Shown one piece after another: positions 62,896-64,000 of a stretch of DNA of 64,000 nucleotides (position 1 is its first letter; each line of letters opens with the position of its first letter). The translations under genes were made by a program, and so were the position numbers. The stretch comes from Eledone cirrhosa (lineage: Eukaryota), in assembly GCA_964016885.1 (NCBI GenBank), contig OZ024743.1, forward strand, positions 116,622,001 through 116,686,000, read 5' to 3'. The notes below the pieces were generated by a model. That model saw nothing but the letters and a program-made list of their open reading frames with translations, made no database searches and was not told the origin of the DNA.

Positions 62896-63281
62896 TAAGA
62901 GGAATTCCAACTTTGTCTGATTTACTCGTTTTATTTACAATCCTTTAAAATATATATAATGGTATTATAATGAAATAGTATGATAGAATATTAAATTCTA
63001 AGTGTTAATTGAACAAGTACTTTCATGCTTTCGCAATATTCAGGTTCATGATATGTGGTGACAGTCGAGTTTGCAATTTTCAACAGTTGAAAATTGCAAA
63101 CTCGACTGTCACCACATATCATGAACCTGAAGATTGCGAAAGCATGAAAGTACTTGTTCAATTAACACTTAGAATTTAATATTCTATCATACTATTTCAT
63201 TATAATACCATTATATATATGTTAAAGGATTGTAAATAAAACGAGTAAATCAGACAAAGTTGGAATTCCTCTTATTAATAT
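62889..63281. mobile_element. 393 bp near-perfect palindrome (axis at 63085) with a hammerhead in each arm
   Basis: Arms are reverse complements with very few mismatches and a 1-nt loop. Confidence 0.95.
63122..63160 (+). ncRNA. Minimal type I hammerhead motif (mirror at 63010-63048 has CTGAATA)
   Basis: TGAAC-CTGAAGA-tTGC-gaaa-GCAt-GAAA-GTAC-TT-GTTCA. Confidence 0.82.
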
Positions 63282-64000
63282 AATCTTCTATACACAATCA
63301 TACACACCCGTGTATATTTACCTATCTATCTATATATATATATATATAGTAATAATGATAATAATAATAATAATATATATGGTGTTGTACTTTATTTCAT
63401 CGAGTATACATGCAGGTAAAGTAAAGTTGCATTTAGTGGTGTTTGAACTTAGAAGGAAAAGAACCAGAACAAATACTGCAATTCCTGTTTTAGTACGCTC
63501 TAAACGATCCTGCCAATTCATCGTGTACGTACATCAAAATTAATAGAATCTTTATATTAACATGATCAAACACCAGAAAATTGAACGCTTTATTATTGCA
63601 ATTATTTGTTTGATATAAGAAAATTAAAACTGAAAATTCCATGCATACAATAAACAGCTATAAATAAAACACAAGCGCAAAAAATCTAATTAATTTACCA
63701 AATTATTACCAATTGTTATTATGAGAACAAAGTATATAACTATATAGAATAACGCATTTATTTAGATAAAATTAATTTTCAATTATTTAAAATTATTTTC
63801 TCCCTACCTATACTTTCATCCAATGATGACGTTTATTAATGCGTAAATGTTATTGTAGTTTTCATTGTTTAACGACCACGCCAGATCTGGACCATGTATC
63901 ATCACAGGAATTCCAGCGATGAAGACTCTTTTATTTTATGGCTGTATCGCTATTGATTTTCCTTTCGTTTTGAAGATAATAGATTGTTGTAAGTAATTTC

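Overview
Eukaryotic, AT-rich, microsatellite-saturated DNA with no recognisable host gene exon. The tRNA-derived SINEs and (TA)n/(CA)n/(TAA)n density suggest an octopus-like cephalopod (inference). Almost all of it is decayed mobile DNA: a Tx1/L1 3' end; three R4/Dong-type (RLE) retrotransposons stacked in a (TAA)n array; a CRE-clade element; RTE and mariner remnants; a ~2.9 kb tandem duplication whose second copy carries an 8.7 kb composite Helitron (RepHel pseudogene with a spliceosomal intron, exact A|T empty site kept in the other copy); one Penelope-type and three Naiad-type Penelope-like elements (PLEs). The most striking pattern, read by eye, is about 20 type I hammerhead ribozyme (HHR) motifs (stem I-CTGANGA-stem II-GAAA-stem III, usually palindromic-TH-stem I) from more than ten sequence families. 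They lie in PLE pseudo-LTRs and in short non-coding fold-back elements inserted in (TA)n, with ribozyme-bearing arms pointing outward. In several cases the symmetry axis falls on the ribozyme's own palindrome or hairpin. Coordinates of decayed elements are approximate and no ribozyme activity is demonstrated.
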